This document shows, in pieces, positions 1-10,043 of a stretch of DNA of 18,754 bases. Made by a program: the position numbers and the translations under genes. A model generated the notes under the pieces. The model saw nothing but the letters and a program-made list of their open reading frames with translations, was not told where the DNA came from and made no database searches. Within the stretch, counting starts at the first letter, position 1. Each line of letters opens with the position of its first letter. Where the stretch lies: positions 1 through 18,754 of the forward strand of contig NW_021824420.1 of NCBI RefSeq assembly GCF_006345805.1. The letters are read 5' to 3'. The stretch comes from Octopus sinensis (taxonomy: Eukaryota).

Positions 1-98
1 ACGACGACAATAACGAAAACGACGATTGACGACGATGACGATGATGATGTTGATGATGTGATGATGATGATGATGATGACGATGATGATGATGACGAC

Positions 99-136
<38 letters not shown>

Positions 137-239
137 CGATGACGACGACAATAACGAAAACGACAACGATGACGACGATGATGATGTTGATGATGATGAT
201 GATGATGACGACGACGACGATGATGATGAGGATGACGAC

Positions 240-289
<50 letters not shown>

Positions 290-355
290 GATGATGACGA
301 CGATGATGATGATGACGATGACGACGACAATAACGAAAACGACAACGATGACGAC

Positions 356-411
<56 letters not shown>

Positions 412-534
412 CGACGATGATGATGATGACGATGACGACGGCAATAACGAAAACGACAACGATGACGACGATGATGATGTTGATGATGATGATGATGATG
501 ACGACGACGACGATGATGATGAGGATGACGACGA

Positions 535-568
<34 letters not shown>

Positions 569-664
569 GGTGGTGGTGGTGGTGGCGATGATGATGATGA
601 TGATGATGACGATGACGACGACAATGATGAAAACGACAACGATGATGATGATGATGATGATGAT
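1..664. repeat. Compound (GAT/GAC)n trinucleotide tract with a (GGT)n block and a recurring CAATAACGAAAACGACAAC landmark
   Basis: Read directly; landmark (or a close variant) starts at 8, 149, 328, 442 and 622. Confidence 0.95.
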
Positions 665-982
665 GGAAGTGGTGGATAAGTTGGCGGTGGAGGGATAGCG
701 CGTGGGAAAGAAAATCGTAGAAGAAAAATCAAATTAGTTGTGTGAATAGAGAGAAAGTTATGTGAAGGGGGTTATGTGACAGGATCATAGAGGTAATCGA
801 TAAGTCTTCTCGATCCGGCTTGATCGGGACCTGAACCACAGTATCGATGACGCAAGCGGAATGGCTACCCTTTAAGGACACGTCCAAGTTATAATATGTC
901 AATAACACTGATGCAAGCTGTAGAACTGCACTAAGTCGTGTCTAAATAGGGAAGGGCGCTGAAACAGCTGTAGAAGCATCAG

Positions 983-992
983 CAACAACAAT

Positions 993-1035
<43 letters not shown>

Positions 1036-1060
1036 GCAACAACAACAGCAACAACAACAA
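983..1060. repeat. (CAA)n microsatellite
   Basis: Direct reading; occasional CAG/TAA interruptions. Confidence 0.95.
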
Positions 1061-1076
1061 TCACAAATTATTTGAA

Positions 1077-1381
1077 TACTCTTTTACCTGTTTCAGTCAT
1101 TTGACTGTGGCCATGTTGGAGCAGCGCCTTTAGTCGAGCAAAGCGACACCAGGACCTATTCTTTGTAAGCCTAGTACTTATTCTATCGGTCACTTAGGCC
1201 GAACCGCTAAGTTACAGGGACGTAAACACACCAGGATCTGTTGTCAAGCGATGTTGGGGGGACAAAAACAGACACACACACACAAACACACACAACACAC
1301 ACACACACACACACACACATGCATATACATATATACTGACGGGCTTCTTTCAGTTACCGTCTACCAAATCCACTGACAAGG
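1077..1381 (-). mobile_element. SINE family A copy, 5'-truncated (lacks tRNA head), reverse orientation
   Basis: Reverse complement matches the 3' two thirds of the element at 1380-1834 (roughly 85% by eye outside the internal microsatellite), including the AAAAGAGT tail at 1077-1086; same family as 9032-9300. Confidence 0.9.
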
Positions 1382-1834
1382 CGCAGAAGTGGCTGTGTGG
1401 TAAGTAGCTTGCTTACCAACCACATGGTTCCGGGCTCAGTCGCACTGCATGGCATCTTGGGCAAGTGTCTTCTACTATAGCCTCTAGCCGACTAAAGCCT
1501 TGTGACTGGATTTGGTAGACGGAAACTCAAAGCTCGTCGTATGTATGTATGTATGTATGTATGTATGTATGTATGTATGTATGTATGTATGTATATGTAT
1601 GTGTGTGTATGTGTGTGTGTATGTTTCTGTGTCTGTGTTTGTCACCCTAGCATTACTTGACAACCGATGCTGGTGTGTTTATGTCCCCGTCACCTAGCAA
1701 TTCGTCAATATAGACCGATAGAATAAGTACTGGGCTCACAAAGAATAAGTCCTGGGGTCGATTTGCTCGACTAAAGGCGGTGCTCCAGCATGGCCGCAGT
1801 CAAATGACTGAAACAACTAAAAGAGTAAAAGAGT
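1380..1834 (+). mobile_element. SINE family A, full length, tRNA-derived head, internal (TATG)n, LINE-like 3' end with (AAAAGAGT)n tail
   Basis: A-box-like TGGCTGTGTGG near 1390, degenerate B-box GGCTCAGTCGC near 1433, CORE-like TCTTGGGCAAGTGTCTT, 3' stem-loop CAGTC-AAAT-GACTG, tandem AAAAGAGT tail; two other copies in this window. Confidence 0.9.
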
Positions 1835-2502
1835 GTTTAATAAATCTTTTACTCGAGGTACTCTGAACGTATTTGTAAATTAATCTTATAAAAATCCACG
1901 CGATATTTAATACACATATTCAAGCACTGTTATAGATGGCTCAGTGAAATGTTCAGAAATGAACATTTATGGTGAACTAATACGAAACAGATCTCTCCCT
2001 GGCTATAGATCTTCGTTCGTAACTATTATCATGGGAACATTGTGCTATATAAATACGGATTTCCACAAAAACCAAGAAATGCTAGAATTTTCTCAAAAGG
2101 AGTAAAAGTAATTACCGTGTAATCTTCAAGTCCAAACTATCAGTAGCACTCTTATAACATTGTAAGATATTTCAAAGGTTCTCCTTCCGAGATTCTTTCA
2201 ATAAATACATGCACAAATTTGGTTGTGTACATCTGCAAAGACTCATATGTAAAATGAAATCGTGTACACAGAGAGAGAGTGGGGAGGGAGGGACAGGCGG
2301 AGAGGGAGAGAGAGAGGAAAATGGAGAGGGAAAGAAAGAAAGAGATAGAGAGAGTAACGCAGCATAAACACTTAAGTACTAAACAAATATGTCCACAGAT
2401 AACGTAAACGCGGGTGCAAGCACAAATTCAACCACATAACTATCTTAACCAAAAAGTCATGTGGCTTTGTTTTCGAACGGTTTGAGCTCCATCAAGAACT
2501 TA

Positions 2503-2641
2503 AATACATACAAACATACATACATACATACATACATACATACATACATACATAACATACATACATACATACATGCATGCATGCATGCATACATGCATAC
2601 TTACATACAAACACATGCATATATTATATATATATATATAT
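2503..2641. repeat. (CATA)n / (CATG)n / (TA)n compound microsatellite
   Basis: Direct reading. Confidence 0.95.
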
Positions 2642-3233
2642 TGATAGAAATGGTAAGACAACAAAAGAATGAAAGAGACATCGATATTATGTAAATAGAG
2701 GAATTTATCTGTAAATATAATATGTGACAATTATTCGGTAGCCATGATAAAACTCTGAGTTTCACATATCATTTTGGTTTCAATTTGTGGGAAGAAATTT
2801 AAGACGAGAGTAAAATTCGTAGGTTTTCTATCGAAAGTATCTGCTTCTATGAAAAAATATTTTAGAGAAGAACAGGACAACTCTTCAGATGAATTAAATG
2901 AAAATGTTACAGCTTTAATCTCTAGTGAGGTAAGTACTGGTCATCTCGTTCGGTACATAAAAGGATTTCATCCCTTCAAAAATGGTCATCATACCTTCTG
3001 ATATATACCCATACGTAAATCCTAAAATAGAAAAAAAAAAGAAAAATAATCTTCCTACAATTCCAAGTGGTATAAAGTAATGCACAAAAATTCTATCGGG
3101 GTTATTCATTATTTAAGTTTTGCTAGAATGCCAACCAAGATGTAATATATTCTTCAATGGAAAAAAAAATTTCTATACCTCTTTATAAAAAAATGTACAA
3201 AAATAGCAAGAACAACAACAATAATAATTAAAA

Positions 3234-3544
3234 AGTAGTAGTAGTAGTAGTAGTAGTAGTAGAAGTGGTGTTGGTGGTGGTGGTGGTGGTGGTGGCTGTT
3301 GGTGATGGTGGCTGGTGGTGATGGTGGCTGGTGGTGGTGGTGGTGGTGGTGGTGGTGGTTTTGGTGGTATCAGCAGCACGAATAATAACATAATAATAAT
3401 AACAATAATAATAATAATAATAACAACAACAACAACAACAACAACAACAACTACAATAATAATAATAATAACAACAACAACAGCAACAACAACAATAATA
3501 ATAATAATAATACTAACAACAGCAACAACAACAACAACAACAAC

Positions 3545-3582
<38 letters not shown>
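3234..3582. repeat. Compound triplet tract (AGT)n-(GGT)n-(AAT/AAC)n
   Basis: Direct reading. Confidence 0.95.
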
Positions 3583-3584
<2 letters not shown>

Positions 3585-3828
3585 TCTAATGTATACCGTT
3601 TTAGGTTATTTTACAATTTACTTTCCTTCTCGTTCCCCCTTTTCTCGGTTTCCATGGCCTTGCGTTACGTAGTGCAAATATATTTCTTTTCTTTTCTCGT
3701 CTTTTTTTTTTGCCTCCTGCTTCATATGTAACAATGAAAGTCATCAAAGGGAAACTTTGAGAGACCGGAAGTTAATTATTTATTGGCAACCATTTTGTAA
3801 TTTTGACATAATAAATCTATTTTACTTC

Positions 3829-3855
3829 TGATTATTATTATTATTATTATTATTA

Positions 3856-3886
<31 letters not shown>

Positions 3887-3921
3887 GTTGTTGTTGTTGT
3901 TGTTGTTGTTTTTGTTGTTAC
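3829..3921. repeat. (ATT)n-(GTT)n microsatellite
   Basis: Direct reading. Confidence 0.95.
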
Positions 3922-4222
3922 CGTTGTTTTGTTTATTGAAATGAAATTTAAACAAAAAGAAACAACAACATTTGAAGAGGTCACGGCTATTCATGAAACA
4001 ACCCAGAACCTGAGATTGCAATAACAACATCGTCAAGAACAACATCATCAAACACAATAACAATTTCGAACCTAACAATTGCCAACATAAAACAAGAAAT
4101 AATGATTTTTTAAAAAATTATCTAAAAATAATGACAATAATAAAATATAAACAATAAAATTTATAATGAGCGCGAAAATATAAAAAAATTTGAAACACAA
4201 CATATCGCTAATAATACAAAGA

Positions 4223-4317
4223 ATGATGATGATGATGACGATGACGACGACGACAACGACGACGACAACGACGACGACAACGACGACGACGACGACAATG
4301 ATGATGATGATGATGAC

Positions 4318-4360
<43 letters not shown>

Positions 4361-4508
4361 TGGAAAGTGGTGGTGGGGGTGATGATGATGATGATGACGA
4401 CGACAACGATGACGACGATGGTGTGTGATGATGACGATGATGATGAAGCAGATGCTGATATAGATGACGACAATGACAACAACGATGATAATGATGATGA
4501 TGACGATT

Positions 4509-4561
<53 letters not shown>

Positions 4562-4588
4562 AGGAGGAGGAGGAGGAGGAGGAGGAGG
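4223..4588. repeat. Compound triplet tract (GAT/GAC)n-(CAG)n-(TAG)n-(GAG)n
   Basis: Direct reading. Confidence 0.95.
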
Positions 4589-4767
4589 ATGGTAATGGTG
4601 GCGTTGATGTAGATAAAATTCCTTAGCCATCATAAACTATAATGAAAATTATACGTTGTGGCGCAGATAATTTCCTCGAGGCTTCAAACTATGCAATTTC
4701 CAAAGAATTATTCTCAACCGGAAATCGAAACCGTGTAGCAAACACAGCAGGACGGGAGGATGCTTCT

Positions 4768-4862
4768 TTATCACCTTCATCACCATCGTCATCGTCATTA
4801 TCGTCGTTGTCGTCGTCGTCGTCGTCATCCTCGTCTTCATCGTCGTTGTCGTCATCATTATC
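4768..4862. repeat. (TCA/TCG)n microsatellite
   Basis: Direct reading. Confidence 0.9.
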
Positions 4863-5270
4863 ATGTCGGCATCGTCTTCGTCATTCTCACCAATATCAGC
4901 AACAACTACGTAGTCTCCTGACTTGCTAGAAACTGGAGCTAACTCTCTCTTAAATTACACCGCGGTTCTCTTGCAAAGGAAGGGACACGTGATGTAATGG
5001 CGTCGTGCGTATATGTTGGAATGCCTTGCTTAATCTTAATGCCTTGAATCATCTGAGGCAAGACAACAATAAGAACAACAATGCGTAAATGTTGGACCAA
5101 AGAAATAGCTTATGTCCGGACATCAGACATGCAAGAAATGGCAGCCAATTCTCCTTCAAATCACGCAATGCTATCTTAAATGAAGAGTGATATAATGAAC
5201 AATGTGGTCCGATCTGGACAAACAGATGGGGTGGTCATAGTTTAAATTACTGTGTATCTCCTGGTGCTAA

Positions 5271-5629
5271 GTTAACGTGCATGGCTTAGTGGTTAGAGCG
5301 TCGGGCTCACAGTCATGAGGCAGTGAGTTTGATTTCCGGACCGGGCTCTGTGTTATGTTCTTGGGTAGGACACTTTATTTCACGTTGCTCCAGTTCACTC
5401 AGCCGTAGAAATGAGCTGCGATGTCACAGGTGCCAAGTTGTATCGGCCCTTTTCCCTTTCCCTTAGATAACATCAGTGGTGTTGAGAGGGGAGCCTGGTA
5501 TGCATGGGCGACTGCTGGTCTTCGACAAACAATTTTGTCTGGAATTGTACTTTGGAGGGTAACTTTCTAGGTGCAATCATATTCATAGCCGATATTCATA
5601 GGTGATATTCATAGCCGAAGGGGTCTTTC
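5271..5629 (+). mobile_element. SINE family C (tRNA head plus CORE-like central domain), full length, with 11-bp target-site duplication
   Basis: A-box TGGCTTAGTGG at 5282-5292, degenerate B-box GAGTTTGATTTCC at 5325-5337, CORE-like TTCTTGGGTAGGACACTTTATTTC...GTAGAAATGAG; CCTGGTGCTAA flanks both ends (5260-5270 and 5630-5640). Confidence 0.88.
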
Positions 5630-5709
5630 CCTGGTGCTAAACGACATTAACACTAACAGCAACAAAAATTGCTCTTTTTTTACGTTGTTTCAATGACGCG
5701 AAACTCAAG

Positions 5710-5770
5710 GTTACAATCGACTGAGAATCACCGCCAGTGAATGACTGGTACTTTATTTTATCGAACCCCG
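5710..5770 (-). mobile_element. SINE family B central-domain fragment
   Basis: Reverse complement GGGGTTCGATAAAATAAAGTACCAGTC resembles GGGGTCGATAAATTAAGTACCAGT in the 9729-9940 element. Confidence 0.6.
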
Positions 5771-5876
5771 TTTGAATAAGAGTTCTAAGACCATACGAGT
5801 GGGATTATACAACAAGCCCACACTTCCCGTTACTAGCATTACTGGTATCTTATATGTGGCAGAGAAATTCATCAAC

Positions 5877-5883
5877 CTACTGT

Positions 5884-5949
<66 letters not shown>

Positions 5950-6162
5950 TAATAATAATAATAATAATAATGCTGTTGCTACTACTACTACTACTACCAG
6001 TACTACCACTACTGCTGCTCCTGCTACTACTACTACTACTACAACCAGTACTGCTGCTGCTCCACTACTACTACTACTACCAGTACTACTACAACTACGA
6101 GTATTGCTACTACTACTACTACTACTATCACTACTACTGCTGCTGTTACGCAACAACAACAA
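5877..6162. repeat. (CTA)n-(TAA)n-(CTA/CTG)n compound tract
   Basis: Direct reading. Confidence 0.95.
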
Positions 6163-6473
6163 CAGTAGCAAGAAAAGCCTTCGACAATAACATTACACCC
6201 TACCGACTCCGGCACCGCGTATTCATAACAGCACCGTCTAAAAGAACACCAGTAATTTCTTAAAAGCTATTTCATTGTAAATCTTTCTTTTCAACCAAAA
6301 ATATTCCAGAAATAATCACAACAACAACAACAACAACACATTTAATGGATTAATTTCTTCATTATTATAGTTTTTCTTCCTCTTCTGAGATGGTTTTTTT
6401 TCATGAAGTTATCTTTTATAAAATTTCTTTCTTATTATCTTAGTTTTTCATTCATTTCATTATATTTCAAAGA

Positions 6474-6476
<3 letters not shown>

Positions 6477-6563
<87 letters not shown>

Positions 6564-6600
6564 GGACACACATGTATATATATGTATGTGTGTGTATGTA
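6477..6600. repeat. (TA)n-(GA)n-(CAGA)n compound microsatellite
   Basis: Direct reading. Confidence 0.95.
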
Positions 6601-6669
6601 CTGATGACGTTATAAGATCATTTATATATATCATAGCATTATAATTCATTCATTTATTCGTTCTTCTTC

Positions 6670-6748
6670 ATTATTATTATTATTGTTGTTGTTGTTGCTG
6701 TTATTATTATTATTATTGTTGTTGTTGTTGCTGTTATTATTATTATTA

Positions 6749-6829
<81 letters not shown>

Positions 6830-6830
6830 A
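6670..6830. repeat. (ATT/GTT)n tract with a duplicated ~33-bp sub-block
   Basis: Direct reading; TGTTGTTGTTGTTGCTGTTATTATTATTATTA occurs twice in tandem. Confidence 0.9.
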
Positions 6831-7039
6831 TATTTGGCCCAATTACGTCTATCAAACTCGAAACTCACTTGCTGACATAGCTATTCCCACCGAAATGCTG
6901 GCAGAAACACGCACATACACACACATACACACGCATACACTCACACACATACACACGCATACACTCACACGCAAAGCAGCTATATGTATGATAAATATGT
7001 TTTCCTAAACACAAAAAGGCTGGATGCAACTAGCTAAAT

Positions 7040-7506
7040 AGACATGGAAGGAGCGCTCAAAGGAATAATGCCCGACATACGGTATTATATCTTGAGGGCT
7101 AAACAACTTGCAGTCATTTTATTTCTCTTTAAGAACGAAGATCTGGCCACCAAACCTTCCGCGTTCCTGTAGGACCGATAAATATGCTCTCCATTCATAT
7201 TTATGGAGGAGAACAGTGAAAGTGGAGATCTCAGGGATGCTACTTGAAGTGAATGTATGATGGATTTTAGCATGCATTGTCTTAGAAGGAAGTAACAGCC
7301 TCCTTGAGGTGAAGCGAAGTCATTGTGAAAACAGGTTAGGGATCAGCGTGAAGGTGCTACACCACTTCAAGTCAGACATCATCCGCATGACCCCAGACCA
7401 CACTCGCTATCCGTGAGGGAAGGAGCTGCATGTTATGGTCGAGGGTAGGTCTTGGTGTCACCTGTGTGGGGAGGATGGCCACATAAAAGCTTGCGGCTCT
7501 CAATAG
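7040..7506 (+). pseudogene. Decayed non-LTR retrotransposon ORF1 (gag-like, L1/Tx1-type) with CCHC zinc knuckle
   Basis: Frameshifted translation GISVKVLHHFKSDIIRMTPD/TLAIREG/ELHVMVEGRSWCHLCGEDGHIKAC; CHLCGEDGHIKAC at 7456-7494 is a CX2CX4HX3C knuckle one residue short of canonical; 5' boundary approximate. Confidence 0.6.
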
Positions 7507-8051
7507 AAGGCAGAGAACCACAGGAACTTCTTACTGCTAACACCAGGTCCCTAAACGAGTGAATACTACTTTACTGTTTCTGTAAGATTCTGCTAATAAT
7601 TGGCCACCTGAAGAGATATGCTCTTACACGTCATTGAAATAACCTACATCACACACCAAAGTGTAGGAAGACTAAAACAGTCACAAAACTATAATGCAAC
7701 GAATAAGCATTCCTCAACACAAGTGAATGCATAACTCATTCTTTTCTGCATATTAAAGGGACAAATTTCGATTTCAGCTTGTGACCTCAGGGTAGACATT
7801 GACAAGGACTAAGAAGGCCTAAACGCTTTTTAGAGTCTCTGAGTCACTTCAGTAACGCTGTACGCCTCGCTCTGATAAACATTGTGCTTTTAGCGCGATG
7901 GCTCAATGAAGAGGTTTGCTCTCAGGCAAAAGCTGCAACATCATGCCTTTCAATGGTGTATATACAGAGATGGTAATTGTAATTTTATGTTGTCCCAGTT
8001 GCATACACCGAGTTTATTACAGTTCGGCAAACTTTCTGCAATAACAGTGCT

Positions 8052-8129
8052 TGTACACACACACACACACATGTATGCACACACTCACACGCACATAAGC
8101 ACAAGCACACAGACACATATATATATATC

Positions 8130-8168
<39 letters not shown>

Positions 8169-8205
8169 TGTGTGTGTGTTGTATGTGTGTGTGTGCACGC
8201 GCGCG
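8052..8205. repeat. (CA)n ... (TG)n dinucleotide tracts in opposing orientation
   Basis: Direct reading. Confidence 0.9.
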
Positions 8206-8429
8206 CATAAATGTCGGACACACTCTTGCAGAAACTTGAAAGGTTAGCGACATCGAATCCTTGAGATAAGCTACTTTTAGGGCACAAATTTCGCCAGCAC
8301 CCTTCTTACACTGGAAGGGAATCGAGAAAGACAATCAATAAAATTTGAATAATACGAATATATATGTGTGTGTGTAAGTCTTTGTGTGTAGTGCACGTGT
8401 GTACACTTACGTGTATTTATTCTCGTAGA

Positions 8430-8452
8430 TCATCATCATCATCATCATCACT

Positions 8453-8491
<39 letters not shown>

Positions 8492-8492
8492 G
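8430..8492. repeat. (TCA)n microsatellite
   Basis: Direct reading. Confidence 0.95.
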
Positions 8493-9031
8493 TCAGTATC
8501 ATCATTATCGACCGTCCAGAATTTACATAGTCAAAAACGTCTAGTACGAACCAGAAATTATCACGTGGTGTATATGGAGGAAGACGTCAATTCGATATTT
8601 CTAAGTTTGGTGTTTATGTGTGTATATGTTTAATTACTCCCTTACTTCATCTTGCTTTCTTGTACTCCCCTCTTCCTTTAGAAACCCTGAGCCCACACTT
8701 TCCGTAATCTTCAATGACAGAAAATTAAGACGGTAATTGCCAGACTTAGCCAATAAGCCGATGCGCCATCTTACTGCCGCATCAACAGAAAATCCTCCAG
8801 CCACCTTACACACACGCCCACGCGCATGTGCATCCCTCTCCTCTTCTCCGCTAACACACAAACGCACATTCACACACAAATAAGCCTACATAGACATATA
8901 CGACACCTCACACCGACAGACCAACTTCAAAGAAACATTTGATGTATCCTTATTTTTGATTGACACATCAAAAATAAGGGTGAGTCCGGCAAAAGGGCCG
9001 TTCTCATTCTCCCTATTTATTTTTTATTTAC

Positions 9032-9300
9032 ACTCTTTTACTCTTTTACTTGTTTCGGTCATTTGACTGCGGCCATGCTGGAGCACCGCCTTTAGTCGAG
9101 CAATTCGACGCCAGGACGTATTCTTTGTAAGCCTAGTACTTATTCTATCGGTCTATTTTGCCGAACCGCTAAGTTACGGGGACGTAAACACACCAGCATC
9201 GGTTTTCAAGCGATGTTGGGAGGACAAAATAATACACAGAAACACACACACACAAACACACACACACAAACACACACACACACACATACACACACATATG
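9032..9300 (-). mobile_element. SINE family A copy, 5'-truncated at the internal (TG)n tract
   Basis: Reverse complement matches about 1620-1834; tail reads ACTCTTTTACTCTTTTAC on the plus strand. Confidence 0.92.
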
Positions 9301-9540
9301 TAAGAGGTCTAACGGGCGTTCTATTTCAATCTCCTTCAGCTATTCGTCAATATCTTGGCTTACTCTTCCCAACGCACCAATTATTATAGGCACAACCTTT
9401 ACTGTTGGCATGCCCCAAATACTTCTTTTTTCAAACTTTAAGGCATTGCATTGTTTTGTTTGTTTGTTTTTCTTCCTCTTTCTTTAGGGTCCTGGAATCA
9501 ATTGGGAATGATGTGTCGATAACTAAGCAACTTTCGCTTT
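9301..9540 (-). pseudogene. R4/Dong-like non-LTR retrotransposon fragment: restriction-like endonuclease C-terminus
   Basis: Minus-strand translation ESCLVIDTSFPIDSRTLKKEEEKQTNK/CNALKFEKRSIWGMPTVKVVPIIIGALGRVSQDIDE*LKEIEIERPLDLL, with one frameshift near 9455 and a TGG>TAG-like stop; matches the typical IID..P.D....KE.EK..KY..L....W....V.V.PI.IGALG pattern. Confidence 0.8.
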
Positions 9541-9660
9541 TCCTTCTTTTTCTTCTTCTTCTTCTTCTTCTTCTTCTTCTTCTTCTTCTTCTTCTTCTTC
9601 TTCTTCTTCTTCTTCTTCTTTTTCTTCTTCTTCTACTTCTTCTTTTTATCATCATCATCA

Positions 9661-9715
<55 letters not shown>

Positions 9716-9726
9716 CATTATTATTG
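9541..9726. repeat. (CTT)n-(ATC)n-(ATT)n compound microsatellite
   Basis: Direct reading. Confidence 0.95.
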
Positions 9727-9728
9727 TT

Positions 9729-9940
9729 AGGCGAGATGGCAGAATCGTTAGCACGCTGGACGAAATGCTTGCCGGTATTTTGCCCGTCGCTCAGTTGTGA
9801 ATTCAAATTCCGCCAAGGTCGACTTTGCCTTTCATCCTTTCGGGGTCGATAAATTAAGTACCAGTGAAACACTGGGGTCGATGTAATCGACTAGTCCCTC
9901 TCCCCACAAAATTTGAGGCCTCGTGCCTCCAGTAGAAAGG
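9729..9940 (+). mobile_element. SINE family B (tRNA head plus a Meta/MESC- or Sauria-like central domain) with (ATT)n tail
   Basis: A-box-like TGGCAGAATCG at 9737-9747, B-box-like GAATTCAAATTCC at 9799-9811, central GGTCGACTTTGCCTTTCATCCTTTCGGGGTCGATAAATTAAGTACC; domain name assigned from memory. Confidence 0.85.
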
Positions 9941-10022
<82 letters not shown>

Positions 10023-10043
10023 TTGTTATTATTATTATTATTA
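9941..10043. repeat. (ATT)n-(AGT)n-(ATT)n tract, probably an expanded SINE tail
   Basis: Direct reading; begins immediately after the SINE 3' end. Confidence 0.9.

Noticed and set aside
58-698. Poly-Met/Thr ORFs, and similar homopolymeric ORFs throughout the supplied track
   Set aside because: They are translations of triplet, tetranucleotide and dinucleotide microsatellites with no domain content or splice context
942-976. Possible hammerhead: CTAAATA...GAAA-CAGCTG-TA with palindrome ACAGCTGT
   Set aside because: Core has two non-compensated mismatches and no credible stem I or stem II
3765-3795. CCGGAAGT (ETS-like) and CCATTTTG (YY1-like) motifs close together
   Set aside because: Short motifs expected by chance; no CpG-rich promoter context or downstream gene
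4642-4929. 95-aa ORF with a non-repetitive N-terminal 42 residues
   Set aside because: No recognisable domain, runs into a Ser microsatellite and has no convincing splice signals
7608-7632. CTGAAGA core-like motif followed by a small stem
   Set aside because: No GAAA or stem III follows
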